From: Perna viridis
Lineage: Eukaryota
Reading direction: 5' to 3'
Assembly (NCBI GenBank): GCA_037379345.1
Contig: CM074514.1
Span: forward strand, 15,500,001-15,564,000
Length of the DNA: 64,000 nt
Every line of letters starts with the position of its first letter. The first letter of the stretch is position 1. A model generated the notes under the pieces. The model saw nothing but the letters and a program-made list of their open reading frames with translations. It was not told the DNA's origin and did not search any database. Made by a program: the position numbers and the translations under genes. Positions 39,539 through 53,569 of the stretch are shown here, piece by piece.

Positions 39539-42500
39539 TTAATTGTTTGAGGCTAATTCATAGAATATTGTTCATGTTTTAGCTTTGTGTGGAATTAAAG
39601 AAACACAGAGTAAAGGTTGAGTTGAAAGTCAAGAAGCAAGGGCAAGGCAACGAATTTTGAATAAAGCGAATAACAAAAGCGACCAACAATAATTCAATGA
39701 TACCAAAATCAAAACCCAAACGGCTTTATAAATCATGGACGCTGTGTATATTATTTGAGAAAATATCAGATATCGCTTTTGTGTGAAAATAATTCATTTC
39801 GATGATATTACATCATTAGTGCTATCAAGTAGAGTGTACCATTAGTACTCAGTCGCAGAAGTTAAAACCGTAGTAGGAATTGGAATACTGAATACCCATT
39901 ATTTTACTGTCTTAAGTGACAAGAATATTAAACCATTATGTCTATTTAGAACACTATAACTATTAAGCTTCTAGTAGAGACTTAGAGATGGCAAAATATT
40001 AATAGGGAGGACAGAAAGCCATGTGTAACTCTTGGGACACTGGGGATGAATTTCATTATATGATGAATTGCTCGTATTTTCTGGAATATAAAAACAATAT
40101 ATTAAATCTTAATGTACAAATAGACCTAATGTTTTAAAATTAAAAAAAAAAACTTGTGAATAATAAGGAAACATCAGAACCAAATCGTCTATGTACGTTC
40201 CTGAAAATGTAGATTGCAAGTTAAACCCACCGGGTTAAACTACTGTAAATTATTATATAGGGGGATTATATATTATGTATATACATTATACTTAAGTTTG
40301 TCGTGTAAAATATTATGCTATTTTTTGGTAATTCATTTCGGTTGGTGTTTTGTATTTAATGTTTCTCTATACCGTGTTTTTACTATTTACAAAATAAAGA
40401 TATATAAGAATGGAATTAATGTACATCCAACATTCTAAAACTTTAATGACTTGGATAATCCTTGGCTAAAGTACAAATCAATACTAAAATTTTCAAAGTT
40501 GTCATTCATTTCTCCTATAACATAAGTTTAAAAAAAGAAGTGTATATGACGTCAATATATCGAACGCAAGTTAAATAAAATTTGTGGTTATATTGATAAA
40601 TGCTGTCTCTTAAAGGGACAAACAACCTGATCTAACAAACCTTGTCGTTCTCTAACAAAATGCAATCGTATTGGATGAGGACAAGTTTTCCAAACACTCA
40701 AACAATCTAACGAATTCTTTCAATACAGATACTGAGATAGAAATTATGTATGAATCAGGAAACACTATTACTTGCCAGGACGATATTGGTATCATAACGG
40801 AGTCTATTCTCTTAAAATTTAGTATTAGATTTGAAACGCTCAGTCGTGCAGAATGGGTTTATTTCTCTTTTAATGATCGTAATTTGTTCTTAGTAAATTA
40901 GATGATACGCTAGGCATATGATGTATTTTACCAAATACAGATGTTGCTTGATAACAAATCCAATGATGGATGACAGAATATTTCCTTAGATGAATGTGTA
41001 GACTTCAATATTTCATAAAGTGTGTTTGTGACTTTTGTTTTATCACGAATTGTAACTCGAGCAGTTGTACAGATGTATTAAGTCAATTGTGCCAATAGTA
41101 TAAACATTCTGAAGTAGGGCATAGCATGAACATTCGTGCGGAAAGCTTTTTCACTTTTGTCTTTCAAAAACCGAATATGTAAATATATGAAAATGACTGG
41201 TAACTAAAAAAATATTTGTAATCAACAAAGAAAAAAAATAGTTTGTAATAATCACAGTAGAGGTAAAATAAAATGAGTTGTAACAAGGTTTATTTTATAG
41301 TCAACTATGAAAATCATTGGTTACAATTAATGTACAGTGTGCAAGAATTTGAAATTTTACCTATTTGCATTCATGTACATTTCTATGTATTTGTTCTATT
41401 ATGAATCATATTTTTGAATAATTAAATACGATCTGTTTTAGAAATTAACTGTATTTTGTTCAATTGGTTGTAAAACAGCAAGAAACATATTTGATTTACA
41501 AAATGTGAAAAAAGACGCAAGAAATAATCATGTGTTAGAAGAAAATTCATGATTGTTTATGCTAAAAAGTCGATGTATCGCGGCTTTTGGAGGAATATTA
41601 TATTTTTTTGTAGATCTATATAAAATATGAAAAATGAAAATTGGAAAATTGAAACTTTCTAGGTCCTGTCTTGCTTCTCAAATAACGTCAAAATAGATGT
41701 TGATTATGCGTGCTAATTTATGAAAGGGTTAGCCATGATTGTGTAATATGATATGCCATTATATACAGATGCCCCTTTTAGATCCTATCATTTTATACCT
41801 CACTATTCAAAATAAGGCTCGGGGAAAACAATAAAGAAATGTTATGTGTTAATTGTATTTTTATAAAAAGAATTGGAATACGAGTATTATGAAATACTCG
41901 AAAAAAGATATGTGTAAAGCATAGAAGGTGTGTGTATTTTTTTAATCAAATAATTCACTTTTAAAGGATATACTTAAATATATATATATGAATTACGATC
42001 ATGAGCATACTTTTATAATGTTGTCGAGTTTCTTGTTTTTCTTGTTATCACTTTTACTTATTTTAGATGATATAAATAACGAACACTTATACTAACATAG
42101 TCAATGTACAATAGATACGATATGATTATGGTGTATAAATGATACTTTGAAAAATTATCAATGCTGTGATGTATGCATATAAAAATGGTATAAAACCCTT
42201 TTTCTCCTTTCAACTGTTTTTTGCTTAACCTTATCTAAAGTTTACAAATACAACTTAACAAATCATAAAATAACAAAATGCAGAAAATAAGACCAAAAAA
42301 AATGTAAAAACAACCAAAAAAAGAGGAATCCCGAAAAAGATAAAATAATGAAACTGTTAAGTAAGATTTTCTGAGCAAATAATATAAATATATATATACA
42401 TGAAGGTCTCAGTATCGTATTAAATTTCCCATAGACTCCTATAGTGAAGTGCATATTTTTATGATTTTTTTTTTTTAAATATGTAAGTTGATTCAATAAA

Positions 42501-42964
42501 ACTTTCACTTATGTAGCATTTCTAAGGACATGTGAAAAAATAATTTCCCGCAAAGAAAATAGGGTGAGTCCACGAAGATCGGACAGAAAATTAGTCTGGA
42601 ACTATAAATAGCCATTTTCCCTACTTTCACTTTCGTTTTGCACTCACCAAACCAACCTTTTCAGTGGAACATTTTTATGTTATTATGTTAGATTTTCTTT
42701 TTAAAAAGTTCTTTATCTTACAGTGTGATGTTTGTTCTATTTTATAAGTCATTGTTCATATCTTTTGACAAAACATTAGTTTGTAGATAGAAAATGCACT
42801 ATATTTTTACAGCATCCATGTTTTGAAACGATACTGGTACCTGAACATAAGATATATGATATACTATTTATTTCTTTTTTCTTGTGACTGTTGGTGGTTT
42901 TACTTTTCTTATTTTCATACTCTCATTGTGCAATAAAAAGTGACAGCTTTTATTTATAGATATC

Positions 42965-43218
42965 AAAACCTGAAAGGATGAAATACAAGCTCCCGCGTAA
43001 TGCAAGCTTTGACTTTTGTGTGGAGAAGCAGCAAAAACCTGAAAGGGTGAAAGACAAGCTCCCGTGTAATGCGGGCTTTGACCTTTGTGTGGAGAAGCAG
43101 CAAAAACCTGAATGGGTGAAAGACAAGCTCCCATGTAATGCAAGCTTTGACTTTTGTGTGAGAAGCAGCAAAAACCTGAAAGGGTGAAAGACAAGCTCCC
43201 GTGTAATGCGGGCTTTGA
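42965..43218. repeat. 69-bp tandem repeat, about 3.7 near-identical copies
   Basis: Unit aaaacctgaaagggtgaaagacaagctcccgtgtaatgcgggctttgacctttgtgtggagaagcagca at 42965, 43034, 43103 and 43171. Confidence 0.95.
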
Positions 43219-43224
43219 CAACTA

Positions 43225-44810
43225 AGACTTTTGTGAAATAATTTTTTTTTTTAAATGTTAAAAATATTACCACTAAGCCTAGAACACTGGTCTCAGTATC
43301 AAATATAATTCTCAATCCCAGCATACCGACACTGTGAAATTAATATTTTAGGCATTCATCATTTAAAAGATAATTATTTACCAAAATATCTGAACAATTC
43401 AGGCGTGTTACTTTTTTATAGGGTTACAATTACTATAAAATCGTAAAAAGTGGAATTTACAGAATTTCAGAATTTTTTCTATATCACCAGTTATTATCTT
43501 TTTTCCAAAATACCGTAGTTCAAACAAGCTTCTGTGTGATACAGTAGATTTGTGTAGTGTCTAAGCTTTCAAATCGGCCAGGTAATTAATATTTTTCCAA
43601 GTTGGTGCAAAAATTACCACCCGACCCAAGAAAAAAATACCTCAACATGCACCAAAATGTTAAACATATAAACGGCGTACACTGGAAATGTTGCGGGCGA
43701 TTGCTTTCATTATCGATGCATCCAACATATCTGCTAATTTCAGGAGCGTAGGCGACAATAATGTGTTTTTTCATAAAACGGGAAAATTCCGGAATTTCAT
43801 TTTTCTTCCATTTCACCGTTAATTGGCGTATTTTTTTTTCAAATACCGTAAATCAAGAGAGCTTTTGTATATTCAAATACAACTATATAGTGTAGAAGCT
43901 TTGTAATGAGCCCAAGATATATAAGTACTTGAACTTTTCCAAGTCAAGTTAGTGCAAAAATTGCCCCTACCCATGATAAAAATACCTTAATACGGCCCAT
44001 CGCCTATGCTTATTAGAAAGCTAAGATGCTAAATAAATATGTTTCGATATGCAAAGGCATGTTTGAAGTACGGTACTTAAAAAAATTGCACATAACAGGT
44101 TTTAAAATGAAAGAAAATATGAAGTTAAAAAAAATCCCCTCTTTACTATGAAAAACACAATATTTTCAGATTGAAACTGGAAACAATACGCCCCTGAATG
44201 AGTAGATATGTTGAATACGTCGATAATTAAAACACTAGTACCCAGAATGTCTTTTTAACATCGATTATTTGCTAAATATAACATTTTGGTTCATGTTGAG
44301 GTATTTTTTTTCATGGGTAGGGGATACTTCTTGCACTTGACTTGGAAAGTTCAATTCTTTATAACTTGGGTTCACAAGAAAGCTACTAAACTATATATTT
44401 ATACATGTATTTATTTACAAAAGCTGTTTTGAAGTACGGTATTTAAAAAAAAATATGCCAATTAAAATTGAAATGGAAGAAAAATGAAACATACATGCAC
44501 TGTATCACACAAACACTTATTAAACTACGGTATTCTGAAGAAAGATAACAACGGGTGATAAAGAAATTCTGTAAATTCTCCTTTCCTTGATTTTATAGTA
44601 AATGCAATCCTATAAAGAAATTCAAACGCCTCAATTGATCAGATATGTTGAGTAAATCATTATCTTAATTATGAATGCCTAAAATATCAGTTTCACAGTC
44701 TCGGTATGCTGTGAATGAGAATTATGTTTGATATTGAGACCAGTTTTCTAGGGGTATGGGAATTATTTTCAACATCTTTTTTTTTTAAATTCCTTCTTGA
44801 AAATTAGTTT
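43225..44810. mobile_element. Degenerate foldback-type element: long inverted arms built from about 340-bp subunits
   Basis: 43260-43545 is the reverse complement of 44500-44775 (e.g. cagcataccgacactgtgaaat / tttcacagtctcggtatgctg); 43630-43850 of 44065-44305; 43800-43990 of 44297-44490; direct repeat between 43500-43640 and 43835-43990. Confidence 0.75.
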
Positions 44811-45187
44811 TGGTGGTTTATTAATGTAGAAAATTAAATTTAGTCACGCAATAACTTGTAGAGTCGAATTTATGCAAATTTTCGCGAGAGTCGAAATTCC
44901 CATGTTTTAGAATTAAAAAATATATTATGACTACGAAAATCGCCACAAGTCATCAACAGAGCCCCAGGTGTATCAATTGTGATAATATTGAACGTAAATA
45001 ACAAATAAGCTATTTTTTACTATAGAATAAATACTCTAGGATGACTGGATAGACTACCCAAGTGTATTTCGTTCAGCATTTTTCTAATCGACGTTGTGAC
45101 ATCTATTTTGCCTTTTACGGACTGATTTGAAGTTTACACGATCAAAAAGTTCCGGGGTCACACGTCATCATGAAATTTTTGTCCACA

Positions 45188-45500
45188 TCACGTAAAGAAA
45201 GAAATCACAACACGTAAAGAAGAAATCACTGCACGTAAAGGAAAGAAAATGCACATAAAGTATTTAGAGATCGACATAACGTAAAGATGAAACGACCTCA
45301 CGTTATAAGAAAACCACTGCATGTAAAGATAAATCCACATAACGTAAATATATGTTGACATAACGTAATCATAAAACGACAGAACGTAAAGACAAAATTA
45401 CAGAACGTTAAGACGAAATGACAGAACGTAAAGACGAAATGACAAAACGACGTAATGTAAATATGTTCCTACACAATGTAAATACAAAATGCCCACATGT
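45188..45500. repeat. Degenerate minisatellite of about 21 bp
   Basis: Recurrent ACGTAAAGA(C/T)GAAATGACAGA-like units. Confidence 0.75.
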
Positions 45501-46088
45501 AATTATAAAACCACAGCAAGTAATATAAAATTGACAAAACATAAACAAATGTGTATCTCATCAGACAGTTCAGGCTTCCATACGTTAATCCTATATTGTA
45601 AATTTGTCTGTTCGCTAAATTGTGTATGTGGAACGTCTTTATTCCCTGTTTTCACGTTCAGTATTATAACGTTGGGGGTGAACAAACAACAGTCGCTTAA
45701 AGTTTCTAATATAGTACAAGAAAGACAACTCGTGTTGTAAACATAAAACTGCTTAAAACGATTGGTTGTGACCGTTGCAAAACTGAAAAAAAAAAATTTA
45801 AAAAGAAGAAAAATGTGATAGTGTTCCTTTTCATACACAAAGCGTGTATGTGCCATGCATGTTCAACGTTGTTTAGCATGGTCTAGTAACTGCAAGATAA
45901 CTGAAATTAAGCTTAATTCTCATAAACATGTACTGAGAACACGAAACATCTTAATTGTATTGACTAATCTGATACATTCAAAACTCAAATGCTAGTCTTT
46001 AAGCTATTTTATTACATCATAGAAGTCAGTCTTAAAGAGCATTAACTGCTTAACGTATGAGCAAATTTTCTTCTATTATTAGATATAA

Positions 46089-46265
46089 ATAGGTTAATTA
46101 ATCGAAAAGAGTAAATAACCAAAATAAATCCACGAGTGCCGAAGAACACCTAGATTTAAAGCGCGAGAAGAACTTGTTCCGCGCATGAGCTAAATTTTCA
46201 TTCTTTCCTGGCAGTAGTTATCATATCTTGGTTACCAACGATACCCAATTGATTATCCTATTTAT
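46089..46265. mobile_element. Degenerate palindromic repeat remnant
   Basis: aataggttaattaatcg ... caattgattatcctatt inverted arms around a GC-richer centre. Confidence 0.4.
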
Positions 46266-49059
46266 TTTATAGATTTTCTTCATATTTTATCGATATTTTT
46301 AACATGTATTTTAAATTTTGTGATTGGCGGATTGATATCAAAGTTGGTGACGTTTTGGCGGAAGAAAGTCCGAGAGTGAAATTACCGAATTATGCCTAAA
46401 ATGTCTTAAAATAAGAAGAAAAACATTTTAACTTCTTTCAATTCAAATTATTGTATTCATCTTGTAAAGAGGATCATGATAACTATCAAACACTAAACTA
46501 TTGATAGTTGACCCTATATGCATGTAAGTAACAATTGATCTACTACTTACTTCAAATTTGGCTAAAGATTTGTGTATAGAGATGATATGTTTTATTCGAT
46601 TATAGACTGTAGTGATAAGGATTGCATATTGTTCATTGAAGTTCAGACAATTTATATACATGCTATTTGTCAAGTTACAATGAATCTTATAAAAGTGACG
46701 AATGAACAAACTGAAGTTTCTTAAATTTTTGGCTGACTTGTTCGGTTGTTCATAAACTTGTGCGTTATGACAAATGTTTTGTTTGTGCTCCTGTTCGTAT
46801 GTTCTAACCATATTGCCTTGAAAATTATGAGTGAACCATGCAATAAAGATATTATCAAAAGTTGATAATGCAATTTTTATTATGTTAAAGACGTTTCATA
46901 CTATGTCGAAGTTTGTGTTTTATCACTATAATAGTTAATGAAATTATATACTGGTTTTGCTCTATATTCATGGAAACAAGAATTAAAAAAAACACTAATT
47001 TGTCTAAAAATAATATTCCATATTTAAAAAAAAACGTAAGGCCTCTGTACAAAAAAAGGGAAGGAAGTGACTGTCCAAGGGGCTTTTACACAGGTCCAAA
47101 CTATCTGATGAATATAGCATTATCTCTTAAAAAGGTATTCAAAACAATATCAGAAAATCTGAAAACCAACAGAAAAGACGTTAGCACCGACGGTTAAAAC
47201 CAATAAATTTTACATAAAGCACTACCAGTCACAAATATCCTTGTTTCATAATTAGGAATGATCTGTACCCATTTTTCTATAAAAGCACCATCCAAACTCA
47301 ACAAACAACCATAGTAGACACTTTCTTCAAAAACGCCTGATCAACCTCTGACATCTCTTTGAAGACTTCGAATTCTTTTTGAATTAGAAAGTAATATACG
47401 ACTATCAGCATATAATAAATATAATAAGATTTGTATTGTCTAGAGACAGAGTTCGTCTTTGTATACCTGTATGTAGGAAGTAACCACTTCCGAATCGGAG
47501 AAAAAATCGTTTTGATTGATAAACGACTCTGATGGAAGTGCTAAATGTCGGTATAGCGACCATATCCGGACTAATAGATTCAGACGGCTGTGTAAGCATG
47601 TTTGGATAAATTTCATACTTAACACAAAATCCTGTCTTTCTTAATCATTAAAAAATGTTGTTTTTTTTTAAAGTCGCTAATATTGTTCTTGCACTCTTAA
47701 GTTCAGTATTTAATATTCGCATATGATTTGCATAAATACGTAGTTATACGCCACATAATGCTGCAGATAATCGCCGTGTTTACCGCCATAGCGTCATAGT
47801 GCTAGCTTCATACGAAATAAAAATGTACCTCTTAGGTACGAGAACACAATAAATTCCCTTTGGGTTTCGTTGTACGAATATTGTTCCAACTTTGGTAGTA
47901 GGTACCTTCCCATTTTTTTTTCATTTTTTACTGGAAACTTCTTTGCTGAATGTTTGCCTCTAATTGGTTGAAAATAGGTAAAAATTACATGGGTTTTTTT
48001 TATTAATCAATTCCGACTAAAAGTTTTGATTTGGTCCAGTGGAAGAAGATTAAAATTTCGGACTTTTAACTCAGTTCATTTGTCATGTTTATGTGTCATA
48101 CCGCTATTTCTGGTCTCCAATATTTTCTATGTTAAATTTAGATTTTAATAAGGCTCATTTTTTTTTACATCAGTACAAACGGTGCTAGAGGGGTATCATT
48201 ATGATGATCACCCTTTACCTCAACTCTCATAAATATATCAACATACCTTACGTGCCTTCTAAGAAAGAAAGGCAAAGTGAAAGCAGACAGGTGCAGATAC
48301 CACTACTTTCGTTTTGAAATTTAACCTTATCAAAGGGCCTAGAGTTTTTGTTCAGAATCGTTTTACCCTACACTGAATAAAGAAAATGAAGCTTTTGAAG
48401 TATTACTTATTCATTCAGCTTTCAGATGACACCAAGTTTGTATACCTCTACTAAACAAGGAGAATGATAGGGTGCAATATTGGGACTACTTAATGTCATT
48501 ACGAACTACTTTCTTGTATGTGCAGGCGACTGGTTTCCGGAATAGTGGTATTACACCTTTACCCCATCTCCGGGTCGTATGTATTAATTTCAGAAAATGA
48601 TGGTAAACTTTTCTACAATTTGTATATAAAATCCTGTTTGTACATATCTTTAGGCCAGAGAAGTTTTATTCAGTTTGCGCCCGCGGAATTTTTTTAATCT
48701 GCTCAAATGTGTATACTGAAATGCACTTGAAAATTAATTGTGGTCTCGTGCCTTAAGTGTCATACACGTGTGTTACACGTGTGTTTCTTGCTTGTACGAA
48801 TACGGGAAGTTTACATAAAATGATCTGTTAGCTTTGAACTTTACGCAGTTTCCAATTCATTAACTGAGGCTCGTTACAAGACTATATAGGTCATATACAT
48901 TAGCACCCCCCTTTATTTATGGATATTCATTGCCAGCTGCTTAATCTGGTTCATGAACTGGTTCCCTGGTCCATATCCAAAGATCGCTACAACATATCTT
49001 TTTTAAAACATATCATACACATGTCTATGCGTGTTTTTATTTTGCTTGTATTAGAACGG

Positions 49060-51489
49060 GTGGGATCAGATAGAGAAGGAAGAGAGAGAGAAGTGGCCCA
49101 CATGGATTAGAACAAATAAGCGAAAATGGGGAGCTTTTTGCAGACTTCTGTGTTGCCAATAACCTAGTTATCGGAGGGACTCTATTTCCTCATAAGAACT
49201 GTCACAAACTTACACGGATTTCACCAGCTGGAAATGCTGCAAATCAGATTGATGATATCGCTATCTCCCAATTATGGAGATCATCTTTGCATGATGTAAG
49301 GGTAAAAAGAGGAGCAGATATAGCATCAGACCATCATCTAGTACAAAGGCATATCCAGCTTAAGCTCGCAGCCATAAAAAAGATAGAAAGCAAACGAAAG
49401 AAATTCAATGTTGCTAAGCGGAGAGAATAAACTGTGAGAGATTCATTCCAACTTTCTCTCTAAAATAGATCTACTGCTCAAGAAGATGTAGAGACCGAGG
49501 ATGATAATATCAACTTAACATGGGAAAGAACAAAGCAGGCAGTAATAGAGACATGTCAAGAAACTCTTGGATACATACAGCACAAACGTAAAAATTGGAT
49601 GTCAGATAATACTTGGAGTTAGATCGAAGAAAGAAGAAAATGTAAAGAGAAACAATTGAGCGCCACCGCGAGACAACAAACAAGACAAGCACAAGAATTA
49701 TACAAAGAAAAGGATAAAGAGGTTAAAAAGGGCTACAAAGATGACAAGAACAAATAACATGTAGAACAACTTGCAGAAGAAGCAGAAACCGCTTGCAGCA
49801 AAGGAGACATCAAGACTCTTTACAACATCACACGCCAACTTAGTGGCAGAACATCCAATACTGACACGCCTGTACAAGATAAGAATGGAAACACACTCAC
49901 AAAATCTGAAGAACAATTGAAACGTTGGAAAGAACATTTCGAAGAAGTCCTGAATAGACCTCCTCCTACAGATCCACCAAGTGTAGAATATGGACAAGAT
50001 CTCAGGATTAATACAGGGCGAATAACTAGAACAGAGGTAACAACTGCTATTAAACATCTGAAAAATGGCAAAGCAGGCGGAATAGATAACATCCCTCCGG
50101 AAGCAATGAAAGCATTAGATTCTATCTCGATCGACAAGTTTCACCATCTTTTTAACAGAATATGGGAGGAAGAACAAATACCCGAGGACTGAAGCTGAGG
50201 AATCTTGGTAAAACTTCCTACAAAGGCAGACAGGACTATATGTGGAATCTGGAGAGATATAACTTTGCTTTCCATCCCTAGCAAAGTAGTATGCAATATC
50301 ATCTTACACAGAATGAAAAATGAAGTTGATAAATATTGCGAGATGAACAAGCCGGTTTCAGGCAGGAAAGATCATGTACTGACCAAATTACCATCTTAAG
50401 AATCATTATAGAAGAAACCATTGAATGGCAGACATCACTATTACTTACATTTATTGATTTTGACAAGACATTTGATAGTATAGACCATCAAGTACTATGT
50501 AACATTCTCAGACACTATGGTATTCCAGAGAAAATTATATCCATCATTCGTCAGTTCCATGAAGGATTCACTTGTCAAGTTGTCAAGTTATCCACAGTGG
50601 GAACCTAACAGATTCTTTTCCAGTGTCTTCAGAAGTTCGACAAGGATGTCTCCTCTCTCGTCTTCTCTTTGTGATGGTCATAGATTGGGTCAGCAAAACA
50701 TCTTATAGTGAACCTATGGGAATTAAATGGACCTTACAATCATGTCTTGAAGACCTTGACTTTGCCGATGATATTTGCCAATTTTCACATCGCCACCGTG
50801 ACTAGCAAGAACAGGCCTCCAACCTAGAATCAAATGCCAAAAGGTTGGACTATACATCAACCCAACAAAGTCAAAATCTATGAGGATCAATGCTAAAAGC
50901 GAAAATAAAACCCAGATAAGAGGTTCTGAAATAGAAGATGTGGTACCATTTACCTATCTTGGGAGTGTCATTAGTACAAAATGAGGGACAGATGAAGACA
51001 TAGTAGCAAGGAAAAAGAAAGCACAACAAGCTTTTGCTATCCTCAAGCCGATCTAGAGGAGCAAAGTACTAAGAACATCTACAAAGATCCGAATTTTCAA
51101 CTCTAATATTAAACCAGTGCTTTGGTATGGATCAGAGACATGGCGATCAGCTGTCGCATCCACCAAAATAGTACAAGTGTTCATTAATAGGTGCCTAAGA
51201 AACATCCTTGGAATAAAGTGACCAAATAAAATTAGCAATAACAACTTGTGGCAAAGGACCAAAACCACACGTTGAGAAAAGGAAGTACAAAATGGAACCC
51301 TCAAGGCCAAGAAAGAGAAGTAGACCAAAAAACACATGGAGGCGAGATTTGAATACAGAAGCCCAGAAAATTGGAAAGACCTGGGGAAAAATTAAAGTAC
51401 GGGCAAAAGATAGGAGGAGATGGAAAGCCACAGTGGTCGCCCTATGTCCCCCATGGATTGAAGCGGATTAAGTCAAAGTCAAGTAAGTC
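49060..51489 (+). mobile_element. 5'-truncated, inactivated RTE-clade non-LTR retrotransposon (APE endonuclease C-terminal part plus reverse transcriptase)
   Basis: Fragments NQIDDIAIS and SDHHLV (endonuclease); KRWKEHFEEVLNR, GKAGGIDNIPPE, QAGFRQERSCTDQI, FIDFDKTFDS, RQGCLLS and LDFADD (RT); many stops and frameshifts; 3' tail of AAGTC/AAGT repeats; 10-bp TSD ATTAGAACGG at 49050-49059 and 51490-51499. Confidence 0.95.
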
Positions 51490-52317
51490 ATTAGAACGGA
51501 AAGGTTACATCAAAAGATAAAATGGTCGGTTAGCATTGAATTTATGAAATATTACCCAGTTTCCGATTCAAACACAGGCTTTCGTTACAATTGATTATAT
51601 AAAGGTCATATATATTATCAAAGCACTGATACCTATATATAGTCATTGCCAGTTGTTTAATCTTGTTCTGGATGATTGAAAACATTCGGGTCATGACGGT
51701 TACGAATGAGTAGGGACTAATATCAAGGGAACCAAGATTTTAGCGGAAGTCACCAGATTTTAGAGTATATCGCATTTGTACCATTTCGGATGCTGAAAGA
51801 AGGCCAAAATCAGTGACAGAGAATATATTCGACGATTAGCGACTTTGAAGACTTCAGCCTTTGATTATAATCAAGGAGACGGAAAAGTGAGAGTAAAAAA
51901 AACTTCCTATAGCGGTTACAATACAAACATACATAGCATAAGCTTGGTAACTGATTAGTACAAGTTTGACTATAAGGAATTGTTCTGTTATCGTGGATTT
52001 TTAACTCTTGTTGTCAGGGCCTTTCAAAGCTTGCTTATAGGTGTGATTTATTTAATACATGTTGTAACAATTGTTACTTAAAATTAAATAGTGCATTTCA
52101 ACAACACGTTTCTTAACAATGTTTAGAAAAGTTCACAGATGCCATACTATAATGCTAAATTCTATGAAATTTGCAGGATTACACCAATTAATAACTCTAC
52201 TGTGATCTACTGTGTCAGTGAACAATATGCTCTCGGATTATATTTTATACAATGCACCGGATATGGCTAATTTTGAATATTTTGTGACTAGAGAAATGAT
52301 TTTCTTTCACACTAGAG

Positions 52318-52435
52318 TTATTTCTTTTTCAGTCTGTTGAATCTGTTGACTATCTGTCGACAGTTAGGACAGGTATGTACACAGTCCTTGAAACGTTTGT
52401 GTAAAAATGGAATAAGGCAACATCCAAGAACTAAT
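52318..52435 (-). CDS. LITAF: LITAF-domain gene B, last exon (LVLGCCLIPFLHKRFKDCVHTCPNCRQIVNRFNRLKKK*)
   Basis: Acceptor aaattttcag (52437-52436), phase 2; GCCLIPF and HxCPxC motifs of the LITAF/SIMPLE domain; TAA at 52320-52318. The symbol denotes the family, not orthology. Confidence 0.92.
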
Positions 52436-53101
52436 CTGAAAATTTAAATAAATGTGTATTATAATGTCAGAATATTCTGTACATGTAGATTGTAAATTGT
52501 TACCTATTTACCAAACGTTTTGTTTTTGTCTGTACCGGGTATTTATATGCTTTGATTTATGTACTTGACAAGTTGTGTCTTGTTTTCCTCACTCCATTTC
52601 ATACATACACTTGTTCCGGTTTATTTGTTTTTCTTACCAGTCAGTCATTTTGCAAAAAAATTCTTAATAACACACGTCAAATTAGCATATGTCTTTATTG
52701 GTTGTTCACCTAATTCTACAGCTTTTTACAACTGTGTGAATTCCATGCACAAGTTGTAGCATTGGTAAACGAACGTGTTTGTACTCGTACCAAAAATGGA
52801 GTCGTTCAAAGGTGTGAAACGGTACTTTTGCTTTTTTCGTGCATTTTCGAAATCGTATAATTAATTATCCAGAACAACAATGTTAATAGAAATATGAGCA
52901 GCCCATATTTACCATGAACGATAAGTACATTTCCAATTTATTTTACTGAAATTAAAATATCGATGCATATAATCGAACTATTTACTCACTCGAAAACCAA
53001 AGTTGAGTGAATAGTCCTGATTTACACATCGATAAATTCTGGAAACAGTGTCCTATTTTAGAACGAGTGACTACCTTTTTCTACCAGTGATTCCAGCTTA
53101 C

Positions 53102-53243
53102 CCCAAATACGAGCAAACTAAACATGATATCCATGATCCGTAGCCGGCCTCGTATGTCACTTCCGTAGTAATTTTGGACTTGCATGATGGACATGTCGTC
53201 TCCTTTGGTTTAAACTCGTCTACTGTAGTAGATATACTCTCAC
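53102..53243 (-). CDS. LITAF: LITAF-domain gene B, middle exon (GESISTTVDEFKPKETTCPSCKSKITTEVTYEAGYGSWISCLVCSYLG)
   Basis: Acceptor tattattcag and donor GG|gtaagc; 142 nt, phase 1 to 2; first CPxC knuckle followed by a hydrophobic segment. Confidence 0.92.
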
Positions 53244-53569
53244 CTGAATAATATTTCAATTACATTGATTGAAATTATCATTGACTGCGCGACGCATTTA
53301 TTTATCCGTAAATATACTGTAATTAAAAAAAAAACAATACTGGTATTTGAAAATCTATTTCTTTGAAATTATTTTATTGTCCCTACCCATATAATAAGAT
53401 TTGCAAGCATTTCACGAACTTTCATTTGTATTTGTATTAAAGGAAGTAGACGTAATGGCGGATAACATGGATTCCCTTCAATCAGTCCGTATTTAAAAGT
53501 GATTCCTAAATATTTTAATCACAATCAGTTGCTTCGAATGACATCAATTTGCATTAAAATGATGGTGGT

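Noticed and set aside
42868-43324. Overlapping ORFs of 69-124 aa
   Set aside because: Produced by the 69-bp tandem repeat.
49510-51431. Several minus-strand ORFs within the LINE
   Set aside because: Antisense shadows of the degraded RTE ORF.
52333-52372. Apparent plus-strand 40-nt exon (tttctttttcag|...ACAG|gtatgt)
   Set aside because: It is the antisense of the LITAF-B last exon, which explains the sequence much better.
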